Below are positions 1-12,337 of a DNA stretch of 64,000 bases, piece by piece; the first letter of the stretch is position 1, and every line of letters starts with the position of its first letter. Source of the DNA: Pseudogymnoascus verrucosus. Its lineage: Eukaryota. Where the stretch lies: NCBI GenBank assembly GCA_001662655.1, contig KV460258.1, one strand, 5' to 3'. A program made the translations under genes and the position numbers. Under the pieces are notes generated by a model that was not told where the DNA came from, did no database searches, and was given only the letters and a program-made list of their open reading frames with translations.

Positions 1-159
1 GACGAACCAGAACACCCCCGATGCTGGCTACACGCAGTCGGTTTATGGTACTACGCTTGTTGGATACTCTGGCCAGGGCGTGGGACACACTGTTCCTGTC
101 CATGAGGCGGTCGACCTTGCTTGGTTTGGCATTGCTTAGGTCGGGGGTGATGGAGCCGA

Positions 160-960
160 AAAGCTATCTGTGCATATGTATACAGCGTACATATTGATGG
201 GAATTAAGCAGCCATAGGCAACCTATGGACTGTCTTGTTTTACATAACCAGGTTAACTTGCTTATTTTAATGAGGTCGATTTTATACAACATGCGCTTTA
301 GTATATCTCTCCGTATAAAATCTATTACTTCGAAGTAGATACGCGCAAATACTATGCGATAACTCGATGGCATTGAACTCGGCGGCATTAAACCCGATAG
401 GGCATTGTCCTCGATACGGCATTAACCTCGATACGGGGTTGGCCTCGATACGGTGCCATTAACTCGATACGACATTGAACCTAGCATAAGCCTCTTAAAC
501 AAAACCCATCAGACGACTTCTGGTCTTGTAGTAGAACACGTCCGGTCATGCGGAACACATCTGGTTTTCAGAACACGTCTAGCTTTGCAGAACATGTTCG
601 GCCTTTACTAAGGAATGTACTCTTAGCCCTGCGAAGGAAGGTGCGTTTGGCACTGCGGAGGAAAGTGCATTCGGCCATGTAAACAAAGTGCGTTTGACCT
701 TGCGAAGGCAGCCACGTTTGGCATTGCGAAGGAAGGTGCGTTTGGCATCGCATAAATCGCGTCTGGCCTTGCAGGACACGTTTAGTCTTGCAAAGGCGCG
801 ACTCGCATGTCGAACTCAACATGTCGACCGAACAGGTCTTTGGGTTTTTGCGCAAATTCGCAAGGTTTTAGACAGATATGCGCGCGTCGTTTCGCGGAGC
901 CTCGCGGAGCAGTTGTCGTCTTGTAGGGAAGGGCCTTAGTTCCGCGAGGCAGTGTTTAGT
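160..960. repeat. Minisatellite-rich non-coding patch (17-bp and ~24-bp degenerate tandem units) with one 34-bp palindrome
   Basis: CATTAACCTCGATACGG-like units at ~360-485; GCGAAGGAAGGTGCGTTTGGCAYT-like units at ~630-800; palindrome at 850-883. Confidence 0.75.
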
Positions 961-1274
961 GTTTGGCTCCTGAGGATGCATATACCATAAATAGGGGTAA
1001 GGGGTTAGTCAGTAGTGGCTTGCAACACAATATTCACGCTTCACATCACCGCACTGCATGTTTGTGGCACAATTTGATGGGGTATCCGAAAACGCCAAAC
1101 ATTATCATTGCACGTAGCACAAGCACGATCTAAAACCCAAGGCTGCCACCGCAGCCGCAAATGCACCCCGCGATCGCCATCGCCCCGTCCCCACGACGCC
1201 TCATCCAAACGCATTACTTTCCCCCCGCCAACGACCCCCCTAGTAGGAGCCAAGGCGCACCCCATCATTATCCC

Positions 1275-2347
1275 TCACCACGCGGTGTGTCCACCATCAA
1301 TGACGAGCTCGCTGCCCGTCATGAAGGTGCTCGCATCACTGAGCAAGAACAGTGCCGCGCCCTTGAACTCCTCCGGGGAGCTGAGACGGCCCATCATGTT
1401 CTCGCGCGCCCACAGGGCCTCGAGATGTGGCTCGTCATCGAAGTTCTGCTGCACCATCGGTGTCACAATGTGACCCGGGGACAAGCTGTTAACGCGGATT
1501 CCGTGTGGTGCCCACTCCATAGCCAAGTTCTTGCCGAGCTGGATAACAGCGGCCTTGCTGGAGTTGTAGACGGACGAAATGAGCCCCTTGTTCGCGATCT
1601 TCCCCGACATGCTAGCAACGAGCATGATGTTTCCAGGGGTCTTGTGGGCGATCATCTGGCGAGCAGCCGCGGCAGCCGCGAACATCACACCGCCGTAGTT
1701 AACGTCCATCATCTCGCGCATGTGCTCCTGCGAGTAGTCGATCGCAGGCTGCACGCGCTGGATGCCCGCGGCGGCGATGAGGCCGTCCAGGCGGGAGTTC
1801 TGGGCCGCGATGGTAGCGAATGTGGCCTCCATCTGGGGAACATCGCGCACATCGACCTGCGAGTAGTGCAGCGAGCCGACGCACTCGGTGTCAGCGGCCG
1901 CGCGGGCCTGTGCCTCGAGGAAATCGGGGCCGGCTTCAGGGCGGCAGTCGAGGCAGTGGACTGTAGTTTCGCCGCGTTAGTTTAATTGTGGGGCGGGTTT
2001 TTGGTGGCGGGGTGAGGGGCTCTTCGGGAGAACTTACCGGTTCCGCCGGCTTCGGCGAGGGCTTCGGCCATAGTTAATCCGAGGCCGCGGCCGCCTCCGG
2101 TGACGACGTAGACTTTGCCATCGAGGCGGAAGAGGTCGCGGGTTTTCTTGAAAGTGGTGGGCCTTGTAGCGGTGGGGAGTCTGGAGGAAAAATAACGGTG
2201 AGTTTGGGATCTTAGCTGCGCGGAGGGTCGCGATTGGAGAAGGGTCCTCTGGGGATTGGAACACGGGCGCCCGGAGTCCAGGAGGGAGGTAAATTGGGGG
2301 GATGCGCCTGGGGAGCGTCGGAGGGTCCGGTGGAATACTGACTGCAT
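1275..2347 (-). CDS. Short-chain dehydrogenase/reductase (D-arabinitol/sorbose reductase-like) with a mitochondrial-like N-terminal presequence
   Basis: Exons 2347-2038 and 1960-1275 (intron GTAAGT..CTAAC..CAG) join in frame to 331 aa; [13 protein letters not shown] and VIDGG motifs. Confidence 0.9.
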
Positions 2348-5089
2348 ATTTGTGGTTTGGGGGGGGTTGGTGGTGGGAGGTTTGTGGTAAGAACGAGAGC
2401 AAGGTGGGAAATGGATTGGGTATCGAGTGTGAAGATAGATTCAACGATTGAACGGAGACAAGAGTGAGAGATTGAGCGATTGAGTGATTAGGATGAAAGA
2501 GAAAAAGAGAGAGGGGAGGAGGGGGGGGAAGTGGTTATATATTCTTATTTGGATTCACCCGCAGACCACTTTATTGAATGAGGACTGGTGGTGGTAGTGG
2601 TGCCCTCGTGTCCTCGTGTCCTCGTGTCTTGTATGGATGGCTCGCAGGTTGTGTCCAGTCATACAAACACATACATTACTCAATCAGGTAGAGTACTCCG
2701 GCAGAACAATCTCCTTTTTTTTCTCTCTTCCTTTTCACGATCCTTCGTCAGCCAAAAGCTGAGAGCGGGCGCGGAGTTGAGGGAGGGAGGAGGGGGAAGA
2801 GGGGGGACGAGGGGAGGTACATACTATGGTACTACGATTCTTAGGCGGGAGCAGTGCCGTGTACGTACATGAGTACTCGGCGAGTGTATGTATCTGTCAC
2901 AGAAATGTCAGGTACCTGGATTGATGTAATGGCGTGTAATGTTAAGTGGACTCTGGAACTCTTAGGAGTCTTGGTTGTACTGTGGGCAAAGATGGAGAAA
3001 GGAGGGGAATGGGCTGGGCGATAGTGAGGGGATGGTTGGATGGAGGCGGAGGCGGCGGAGGAGGCGGACGAGGAAGAAGGAACAGAGCAATAGGGCGCGC
3101 CACTAGATCTAGGCCACTTCTAGACTTCTAGACCACCACTTGTGCAGCGATTTAGCAGTTTTTAGCAGTTACGGAGGTGTTGTTTAGCAGCACTTAGCCT
3201 TCCTAGGCGTGCTGGGATTGATGGGATTACTGGGATTACTAGGATTCTACTTCTTGGTATGCAGAAGGAACAAAAAGGGCAACAGGGAAGGCGCGCATGA
3301 CTTCTTCGATTCTCCACAGTTTCAAAAAAGTATTCCTTCTTAGGTCTTGGTAGGTCTTGTTAGGTCTTGTTGGGTGCTGGGTAGTACTGTGATAGTGCTG
3401 TGATAGCCCTTCTCAGCCTTGCGCTAGAGTCAGCGTTACAGCACAGTAATCAGCGACGTACTCACGCTACTGCGGCTGCCAAGTGTCCATCTCTCCACCA
3501 GCTCTCCACCACTTCTTCGCTGTCCTCTCTGTTTCCCATCATCCCCCCACCGGTCCCCCTCTGTTGTCTCCCTCCTACCCTTTCTTTCCCTTCCTAATGG
3601 CTCAATCCTGCCACAGCCTTGCATGACACGGGGGTTCCGCAACTGATTTGCCGGTGAGCACCACCGCGCATCCTCTCCACCGCTGTGCATCACCTCCACC
3701 AACGTGCAGTAATGTACTTCACACAAACCCTCAGCGTCCCTCTCTTGGCCATCTCTATCTATCCGTATCCATCTTTGCCCATCGCTACCCCATCGCGTTA
3801 CCCTTTCCCACCTACCGCGTCCACGGACCGGCCACGGAGAATAGGGGCCATAGGGTCCGTTACGAATCTAGTACGTACAGAGTACGTATAGAACAAAACG
3901 GAAAACAGAGTGGAGAGCTGATGTGGGGAATTATTCCCGTGGAGTATCTGTACATCCGTGAAAATCATGTTTATATGTGGGCAGTTAGAAGAAAGAAAAA
4001 AGCGAAAAGCGAAAAGAAGTGAAAAGATTGCAAATGCCATAAAAAGCTACGCACAGGACCCTATTTTAAACCCGCTTTTTACATGCCCATCCTCCCCATC
4101 ACGACATTGCTTGGTGCGGTGTGGTTCGCTCCCATCGTGTCGCTTCGCCCGTCACATCGTGAAGTGGCGTCTCCGTGCCTTCTTCCCCTCTCTTTTACCC
4201 CCCCTTCTCTCTCCCCCCCCAAAAATAACTCCCCGAACTCCCCGAGATCTCACCCACACTCCTCCTTCTTTCTCACCACTCCTCCCTCTCCCGGACTTCA
4301 TCCGCCACACCGCCGGCCATCCCCATCTTTCCTCCCCCATCCCACATCCCCAGTATCGGTCATCGGACCCAAAACACCCACATTCCTGCGCGCTTCTCAC
4401 CCCCACCGCTCCTCGGCCACGTCCCTCCCGCGCCGCACGCCTCTGCTCCATGAAGAAAGGAGTGCGAGGCTCTAGCCCCTTCTTCGCTCGTCTTGCCCGC
4501 ATCCAGCTTCGAGTGCCGGGGCGGTTATGTACTGTACCAAAGTACGCGAGAGCTCATAGCGCTGATCAACTATCGCCTCTCCGTCGCCGCCGCGTCGATC
4601 CCATAAAAAAGGGCCCTGGCTGGTCCACTTGTGCCATTCGGGAAGGATGGGATAAGGCGAGGTTAATTGGGATGTGCCAAGGTATGTGTGAGATGTTAGC
4701 CCTATAAATATAGTAATATCCGTTTGATGTTGTATGCATCCCCCATGTGTGTTGCTCTGTTGTCGTGTGCATCGCATCTGTTGGTTGTTTCATGGGATTT
4801 TATCAGTTTGTTGCAGGTCAGGTGAGGGTGTGAGGGAAGCCTGATCGGGTAGGGGCGAGGGCAATCGCGGCGAAATGCTCAACACTCAACAACTCGCGAT
4901 AACTCTGGGTTTGAGGGCTCCGAGATCGGTTGAGCTGCTTATGTCGTCTTCTGGTATGGTATACTATAGTGTTCGCACGGTGGATGTGCCATGCATTGAG
5001 GAAGTTTCAACAGGCAGCAAACTGCACCGCGTATCTAGAATCGAGCATTAAGCAATGAGCAGGACGCAACGAGTAACCAACCTTCCATT

Positions 5090-7480
5090 TTCACTCTTTC
5101 ATTACTCATGTCATTACACACTTCATTTCGCATCTCATTTCGCATCATGTCTCATTACGTCTCATCGCTCTTCCTAAAGGTTGCTCCTATCATCATTACG
5201 CTTCTACCATTGCGCTTCTATAATTGCGCTTCTATCATACGCTTCTATCACCCCTTCTATCTTACGCTTCTATCATTCCTTGTATCATACGCTTCTGTTA
5301 TTGCTCGTCTCATTACTCCTTATATCATCCTATGTCTCATTCATAGCTTCGATCGCTTGCATCGTGTTGCACGAGGCTTCGATTCGATAGCCTCGATCGA
5401 TTGCATCGTGTTGCAAGAGGCTTCGATTCGATAGCCTCCATAGCTTGCTTCATGGTGCAAGAGGCCCATATCACTGCCCATATCATTGCACACATACATG
5501 TCATAACATAACGCTATAGAAGCCTATGGTATTGCATTATTGCGCATTTTCGTTTAGAAGCTATCGAATATGCGCTGGAAACCAAAACACCGCGAAGCCC
5601 CGCGGGAAGTATTCTTTGCGCATATTCATTAAGAAATAATCGAATTTGCGCTGAAGTTGAAAGCACTGCGAAGTCCCGCGGAAATCATTTTGCGCATATT
5701 CGTTAAGAAACAGTTGAATTTGCGCAAATTTCCGTTCATCTGCAAGAGGCATCGATAGCTTCGATGGCTTCGATAGCAAGAGGCTTCTGTAATGGAAGGC
5801 TTCTATGATGCAAGAAGCTTCTGTATCGTAAGAGGTTGTACGTAAGACGTCTTCTACTACGAGACGCTTCCGTGCGGTACGATGTTCCGTGCCGCAAGCG
5901 GCTTCGATAGCAGGAGGTTTCGATGGCCTCCCCCTTGTTATAAGAGGGATGCGTTCCATAAGTCGGTTCGTTCCCTGCCGCATAAGGCTTCCGGTTGCAA
6001 AACTTGTATGCCTTCTACCGCAAGAGGCTTCGGCTCCATAAGAAGCTTCGTGTCATGAGGCCGTGTCGCAAGGGGCTTTAATAGCTTCGATAGCTTGCTC
6101 CGTGCCATAAAAAGGCTCGCAAAGGGCTGCAAAGGGCTTCCGTGCTGCAAGAGGCTTTGATGGCAGGCGGCCTCATGTCATTAGAGGCTTGCTTTGATAG
6201 CTTTGTAATGCCTGCAAAGCTTTCATGATACCTGCGAAGCCTTCGTTGTGCATACGAATCTCGATCATGCCGAAGCTTTGCAAAGCTTTTTGGCGCAAAT
6301 TTAGTAAGAAGGGTCTAGATTTGCGGAAACATCTAGCATCTTAATTAACATGATCAAGGTCGTCATGGTCGATCCTAATGGCGTCAATGATCCTAATGGC
6401 GTCTATGACGCGGTCAAACCTGCTACTATGCCACGGCCAAGATCGGCATGGGCGATTGAGCCTGCTAATATGATAACATGGTTTAAGGTTTGCACGGTCG
6501 AATTTACTGTTACTACATAATTAAGCCAGCGCTATCGGATCTGTTAGTATGACAAGGTTAAGGTCGGCACAATCGAAGCTACTATCATGACATAGTTAAA
6601 GGTTGGTTGAAGTTAAAAGCTAGTATGACAGGGTCGAAGAAGCAGGATCGAGGGGATCGATTTATAGATCTTTTGCCCATACTCAACTTCACATGGTTGA
6701 ATTTGCGTAGAGGCTAAACGAGTGGACCAAAGAGCCAAACGAGAGAATCGAAGAAGCCAAACGAGAGAATCGAAGAAGCCAAACGAGAGGACCGACTCAT
6801 AGATTTATTGCGCATTCTCATCTAGATGGGTCTAAATATGCGCAAAACGCCAAATCCCGCGAGATCTCGCGAGATCACTATAATTTACTCATATCTGAGT
6901 AGAATGGGCTGGATTTACGCAAAAGAATAAATCCTATGGAAGCCTCTATAGAAGTCAGAGGGTTCAAATAGAAGAAGTCAGGGTGAGCTCTTATGGAAGC
7001 ATGCAATGGCGATGGCATTGTTACGTTGATCGTTAGGTTGATATTACATCCTTAAGCCGCATCCGTTTCCTTCGTGCCTTCCTTTCCTTCGTGCCTTCCT
7101 TTCCTTCGTGCCTTCCTTTCATTTCGTTAAGCTGCCTTTATTTGATGTCATTAAGCAAGCCTACTTTGTTTCGTGATTTAGCGCAAATTAACCTAAATTT
7201 AGACAGATGTGCGCTATATTCTAAAATCGACACCGTCGATTTAGGCAAGTTTTACGAAGTTTGTGCGCATATTCATGTATAATAAGTTAGATTTGCGCAA
7301 AAGGCTGCTAAAGTCGCATTTGTCAAGTCGCTCTTGTTAATTCGCTTTCGTCAATTCGCATTTATCAAGTCGATTTGGTGTCTCTGCGCATATCCATTTA
7401 AATGGAGCTGAGTCTGCGCAAAAACTAAACTACACCAGTTTATGAGCCTATAAGTTTACGAAGCCACCGCTTTTCTGGTG
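5090..7480. repeat. Mosaic of degenerate minisatellites carrying 10 copies of a 34-bp imperfect palindrome
   Basis: 44-bp tandem at ~5344-5465, ~75-bp tandem at 5542-5725, CAAGAGGCTTC units at 5740-6190, ~40-bp units at 6420-6640, 22-bp at 6733-6789, 17-bp at ~7067-7120; no credible ORF. Confidence 0.85.
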
Positions 7481-7741
7481 TCAAAGGTTTCGGACAATAT
7501 TCTTCACAAGTGTGGCAAGTTCTCTCACATCATCGAAGTAGTTTTGAGGCAAGATCCAATATTGCTCGCCGTTCTACGATCCTCATCCTACCCCTTATTC
7601 TCGCTATCGGTATCTAAACTCCGCGAATCGCCTTCCAAAATCAAACTCTTAGTCCCCTCTAGATCTCGTCCCCTTCACCACTCCCAAAAAAGCACTCATT
7701 CTCAAAAATTCCAACCCCTGATTCCTTCAAACCTCCCCCTA

Positions 7742-8516
7742 TCACCACCCAACCATTCCCATCCGCTGCAAAAACGCAAACAGACTTCCCCCCGGCGTCG
7801 CACCACCATACATACTCTGCCATCTCGCCGCGAACGAACCTACACATCAGCCATGTTAGCCCCTATCACCCCTAACCCCCAAACCAAACCAACCCAAAGA
7901 AAACCAAACAGCAAGGGACAAAAAAAGGAGGCCATCACTCACCCAATCTAACCCCCACCCCCCCAAACCCCAACCCCTCCACCACCCACGGCGCAACCAC
8001 CACCAACACCCCAAGGGCAACAACCATCGCCACCACCCCCGCCATAACCGGATGTTCCCCAATCCACCCCTCTACATCCCTGTTCGCCGTCTCCACAACC
8101 TCCTTCGCAGCCCCAAGCGGGACACCGGCTTCGATGGCGGCGGTGATGGAGTGGAGGATTGCGAGGGCGAGGGACGATGTCCACGATGTGGTGCTGACAT
8201 CGGAAGCAGTAGTAGGTGGAGGGGGGAAGGTGGTGGAAAGGCGATGGCGGAAGATGGTGGGGGTGCGGGAGAAGAGAATCAGGCCGCTGAATTCGTCGGC
8301 GAGTTGTGCGTCGGTTTTTGGGACGCCTGGGACTAGGAAGTTGGTAGAAGGTGAAGCGGCGGATGTGGTTGTGAGGAGGGGGAACTTTTCGTCGAATGAC
8401 TGGTGGCTGGATGGGAGGGGTGCTTTGAGGTCGTGGTAGGTGTGGGTTTGTTGTGTGTGTCGGACAGTGGTGGTGCCGACGAGGCGGTTCAGGAGGGTTG
8501 AGAGGTAGGCGCCCAT
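7742..8516 (-). CDS. Hypothetical membrane protein with C-terminal IFI6/IFI27 (Ifi-6-16)-like motif
   Basis: Exons 8516-7943 and 7839-7742 (GTGAGT..GCTAAC..TAG) give 223 aa ending LGFGGVGVRLGSFAARWQSMYGGATPGGSLFAFLQRMGMVGW*. Confidence 0.75.
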
Positions 8517-9337
8517 TTTTTGGGTTGGTTTGCTTGTAGGAAGGGTGTATGTGCGGTTTCTCGTAAGATAGAAATGGCACAACCACTATCTATACCCCAG
8601 GCCCCTCATACAAACGAGGCTCCAGCTACCCGCCGAAAATCAAATAACCCCGTTCCACGTTTCTACCTCCCCATCCAATGCCTGCCTATCATCCATCAAG
8701 TCTGCCTCGTTGTTGGCGCTACATGCACCTCGCCAGCACCTGTCGTTGGCGCTACCCCACCACTGTTGGTGTTGTTGGTGCCACTCCCACCGCGGTCCGC
8801 GGTTGGGCCCGTGGCGCGGTGGGGGCGGGTAGCCGTTTTGGGTGTTGGATCATGGGTTGTGGGCGGGCGGGGTAAGGCTGGGATGCGGGAGTAGAAGGAT
8901 GAGGGGGTTATGTGTGATGGACATGGGGGATTTAAGATAGGGTTGGTTGTTATTGCGTTGTTTGGATGTGGTGAGGCTTTCCATGTGGTGAACTGTTGTA
9001 AGTAATGTGAGAGTTCGTGCTTCTTGGGCTACCACAACCCAATAGAAAGAAATTGTCACGGTTTAGAAGTAATTTACTACCGTTGAGATAAAAGTCTCCA
9101 TTTTCAAATATGGACGAGAAAAATATCCATCATCGCCTAATCGAGGCACTCAAGAACGAACGTCTACACGTCTGGTATCTATCACCTGGCCCCTGGAGTA
9201 CTAAACCCCACGACCACCTAACCCATCAGTCCTACAAAAAGAAGATCACATCCCAACGCCAGTCATTAATCCTCCACACCCCCAAACTTCATAACCGCCA
9301 GCCCTGCGGCCCAGACGCTTCAGGCACCCTAGACACC

Positions 9338-10967
9338 TTAAAACGCACCCCCGCCATACCCCCCATTCCCCCTGGGCCTCTGCGAATTCGAGCTTCCCGA
9401 CCTGCCCATATTCTCCGCCGCCGCACTATTCCACGAGCCCTGTGTATTGGTCCTGGGCTGCGGCGCAAAGTATTCGGTCGAATTATTCGGCGCCGCCGCT
9501 GGCACATACCCGCCCCCGCTCACATTGCGCGAGTTCACCGAGTACCCCCCCGGACCAGGAGAGCGGGGGCTATTGAACTGCCCACCGCCTGCGTAACCGG
9601 GGGACGCGAGCGCGGGACTGCGCAGACCGGCTGCGTCGCCGTAGGGCGCAGCGCCGGGGCGGAGGGAGCCAGTGGGTGATTTGATAGACGCGCCTGCACC
9701 TTGATACGCAGCTGGTACGGTAGGCATAGGCGGGTCCATCGAGCGGTCAAGTCCAGGTGACTTTACGACGCCACCGCTAGCGAATTCCTGGGCCGTCATA
9801 CCGCTGGGACCTAGCGCGTCGGGGCTGATCCCCGCGGCTTTGAGTTCGATCTGATAAGCCTCGTCTTCGCGGTCCATGGCTTCTTGCTTAGCGCGGAAGG
9901 CCTTGGCCTCGCGGGCGCCCTGGCGGCGTTTGCGGCAGCACGAGAAGAGGCAGGCGGCAGCAAGGAGGAAGGCGGCGCCGCCAGCGCCGCCGTAGATGGC
10001 GATTTTGGAGGAGGAGGGGAGGGCGTTGAATTTGTCGCTTATGGTGGGTGCTGGGGGGGGCTTGATGTCGAGGAGGAGGAGGCGCTGGGTGGAGTTGCCG
10101 CTGGTGTTGGGGTTAGGGGTTGCTTTGGTGGGTTATAAAGGGTGGGGGATGGACTTACGGGATGGATTGGATGCTCTCCCAGCTTCCGGTGAGGTCGCCG
10201 TACTTGTATGCTTTGGCGCCGGTGGTGAAATCTTCAATTTCGGCGCTCTTCACATACATGTGGAAGGGCACATTGTCGTAATTGGTCTCGCCGCCTGCCC
10301 ATTCGATGACGCCTTTGCTGTTGTCAGGGTCACCGCCTGCCCAGACGCCGAGTTTGACGGTCATAGGTGTCTGGGGGTAGTTCTTGCCACCGAGGGCATC
10401 TTCGTACATCAGAGTGCGGACTTTCTCAGTGTCGACGAAGAAGTCCAATTGTTTCGCGGTCCATAGAAGCGTGTAGTTGTGGAACTCGTCCATGGGCTTG
10501 TTGAGAGGATGCCAGAAAGCCCTGTCGAATAATGTCTCGTTTCCTTTACCGAAGTAGTTCGATTGGACGTGGGTTTCGTTGCCACCGATTAATTCCCAGT
10601 CAATCTCATCGCGATCCTTGGAAAGCAAGACGATGGACGATACGATTCCCTTTCCACGGGCCGCCTTCATGTGGACCTCGACTCTGCCAAACATGATGGT
10701 GAACTGCGATACGAGCGTCGGCGCCTGCTTCTTTGCATTGATGGGAAGAAGAACGCCGTCTTTCTGATAATTGGCATTGCCTGCCTCCACGTTCCAGGTT
10801 GAGCCGTTGGATTCCTGGGTGAAATCGAAGTTGTATTTCATACCCAGCGCAGCCTCTTCGGGACACTCCTTTGTCGTAGGATCGCAGTCTGTGAATGTTT
10901 GGGCTGTCGCGAGGCCAAGAAGAGCGACGAGGGAGAGGCCGGCGAGGCCACGTAGATTGGGTAACAT
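9338..10967 (-). CDS. GH16 Crh-family chitin transglycosylase with C-terminal TM helix and cytoplasmic tail
   Basis: Signal peptide, TDCDPT, catalytic DEIDWE, YPQTPM..WAGG; intron 10101-10158 joins in frame to a TM segment (IAIYGGAGGAAFLLAAACLFSCC-RKRR) and to the 9338-9877 ORF. Confidence 0.9.
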
Positions 10968-11618
10968 GGCGGATAGAGAGTGTGGTGGTTGATCGGTGTG
11001 TAAAATCGGTCAATCGAGATAGATTATTGAGAGAAGGTGTAATGTGTTTGCTGGTGTCGCAGCGTCGAGATATTTGGCTTCGGTCGTTGCGGTATCAAAC
11101 ACGCATTGAAGCAGGAAAAAAACGAGGGTATATTGCTAAAGAGCGCAGGAAGAAAGCATGAGGTTCAGAGAGTGAGTGGTTCAGAGATCAACTCCTATGT
11201 GTGTTGGTAGATTGCGCTGTATCGCATGTGGATGAGGTATCGCGTATTCGTCTGATATGTATGTACACGACGGGATTGACAGAGCGAAAGGTCAACAATG
11301 AAGGAGAGTGTTTGTTTGACTGGAAGTCATGATAGTATCAAGGGAGTGTGTTGAGGGTTGAGAGGAGGAGTAGAATGGGTAAGATCTCAAACGAGGCAAG
11401 GTGAAGTTCGAAACGGGTCTGAGGAGAGGGGGGTGCTGGGCAATATCTGGGCGGTATCCGGGCGGTATGGAGTATGGGATGTACGGTATCTTGGGATGAC
11501 GGCGAACGGGGGACCCCAGGGTTCATTGGGGAGGATTGGAGGGTGAGCAGCCAATGAGAGAGTCTATGTTCCTGACGTACCCGAGATTAAGGGGACCTTT
11601 GACTGGCATTAAGTGATT

Positions 11619-11690
11619 TTTAGTGGCATTTAATGGGATTTAGCGGTATTTAGTGGTATTTAGTGGTATTTAGTGGAATTTAGTGGAATT
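11619..11690. repeat. 10-bp tandem repeat TTTAGTGGTA
   Basis: About 7 imperfect copies read directly. Confidence 0.8.
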
Positions 11691-12030
11691 GACGGCCATT
11701 TGACAGCCATTTGCATGGTTACTTGCTATATTGGGTTTAGCGTTGAGCCGTTGGCGTACTCCGAAGGGACACAAAGGACACCAAAGGACAACAACGGCAG
11801 TCCGTCTCGAGTATACGAGACACACGCTTCTGGTGGAGTGTGTAATATATACGAGGGGATCATCGCGATTTACTCGAACAACATCATTTACAGCGTCATT
11901 TACGGCGTCATTTACAGCATCATCTCTAGTTTATATATAAGGCTTCGATGTGCGCAGAAATAAGGTAGTTCGCTCCTGAGGTGACACATGCTACTACGGG
12001 GAATGATGCCCTGTTGTCCAGTAACAGATA

Positions 12031-12190
12031 TGACAATATTAGCCCTCAGTAACTAGGAGTCTTTATTTCAGTTACAGTTGCTGTAATCACCGCTGTATTC
12101 ATAAGTAACTATTACGACAATTATACCCTTCAGTAACGAAGAGTCTTGTCTTTAATTATAGTTGCAGTGATCAATGCTGTCATCCACAGT
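12031..12190. repeat. Degenerate ~84-bp tandem duplication
   Basis: CAGTAAC..GAGTCTT..AGTTGC.GT.ATCA..GCTGT occurs twice. Confidence 0.6.
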
Positions 12191-12337
12191 CCCTCTTCAG
12201 ACTTTTGAGCGGCAAGAATACCATTGCAAACGTTAACTCCCTGCCCCGGCCCCGGTCCCGCCTACCCCGCGCCTTGCAAAACACCAGTAAATGCCCTATA
12301 AAAAAACCCCCCACACCAACCGCCCCGACACCATCCT

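Noticed and set aside
1161..1985. 274-aa plus-strand ORF
   Set aside because: Antisense shadow of the SDR gene.
2588..4793. Several 60-250 aa ORFs upstream of the SDR
   Set aside because: Low-complexity, purine/pyrimidine-skewed promoter-like DNA with mostly non-ATG starts and no motifs.
5542..7419. CRISPR-like array
   Set aside because: Eukaryotic context, irregular spacing, variability inside the repeat rather than between repeats, and no cas genes.
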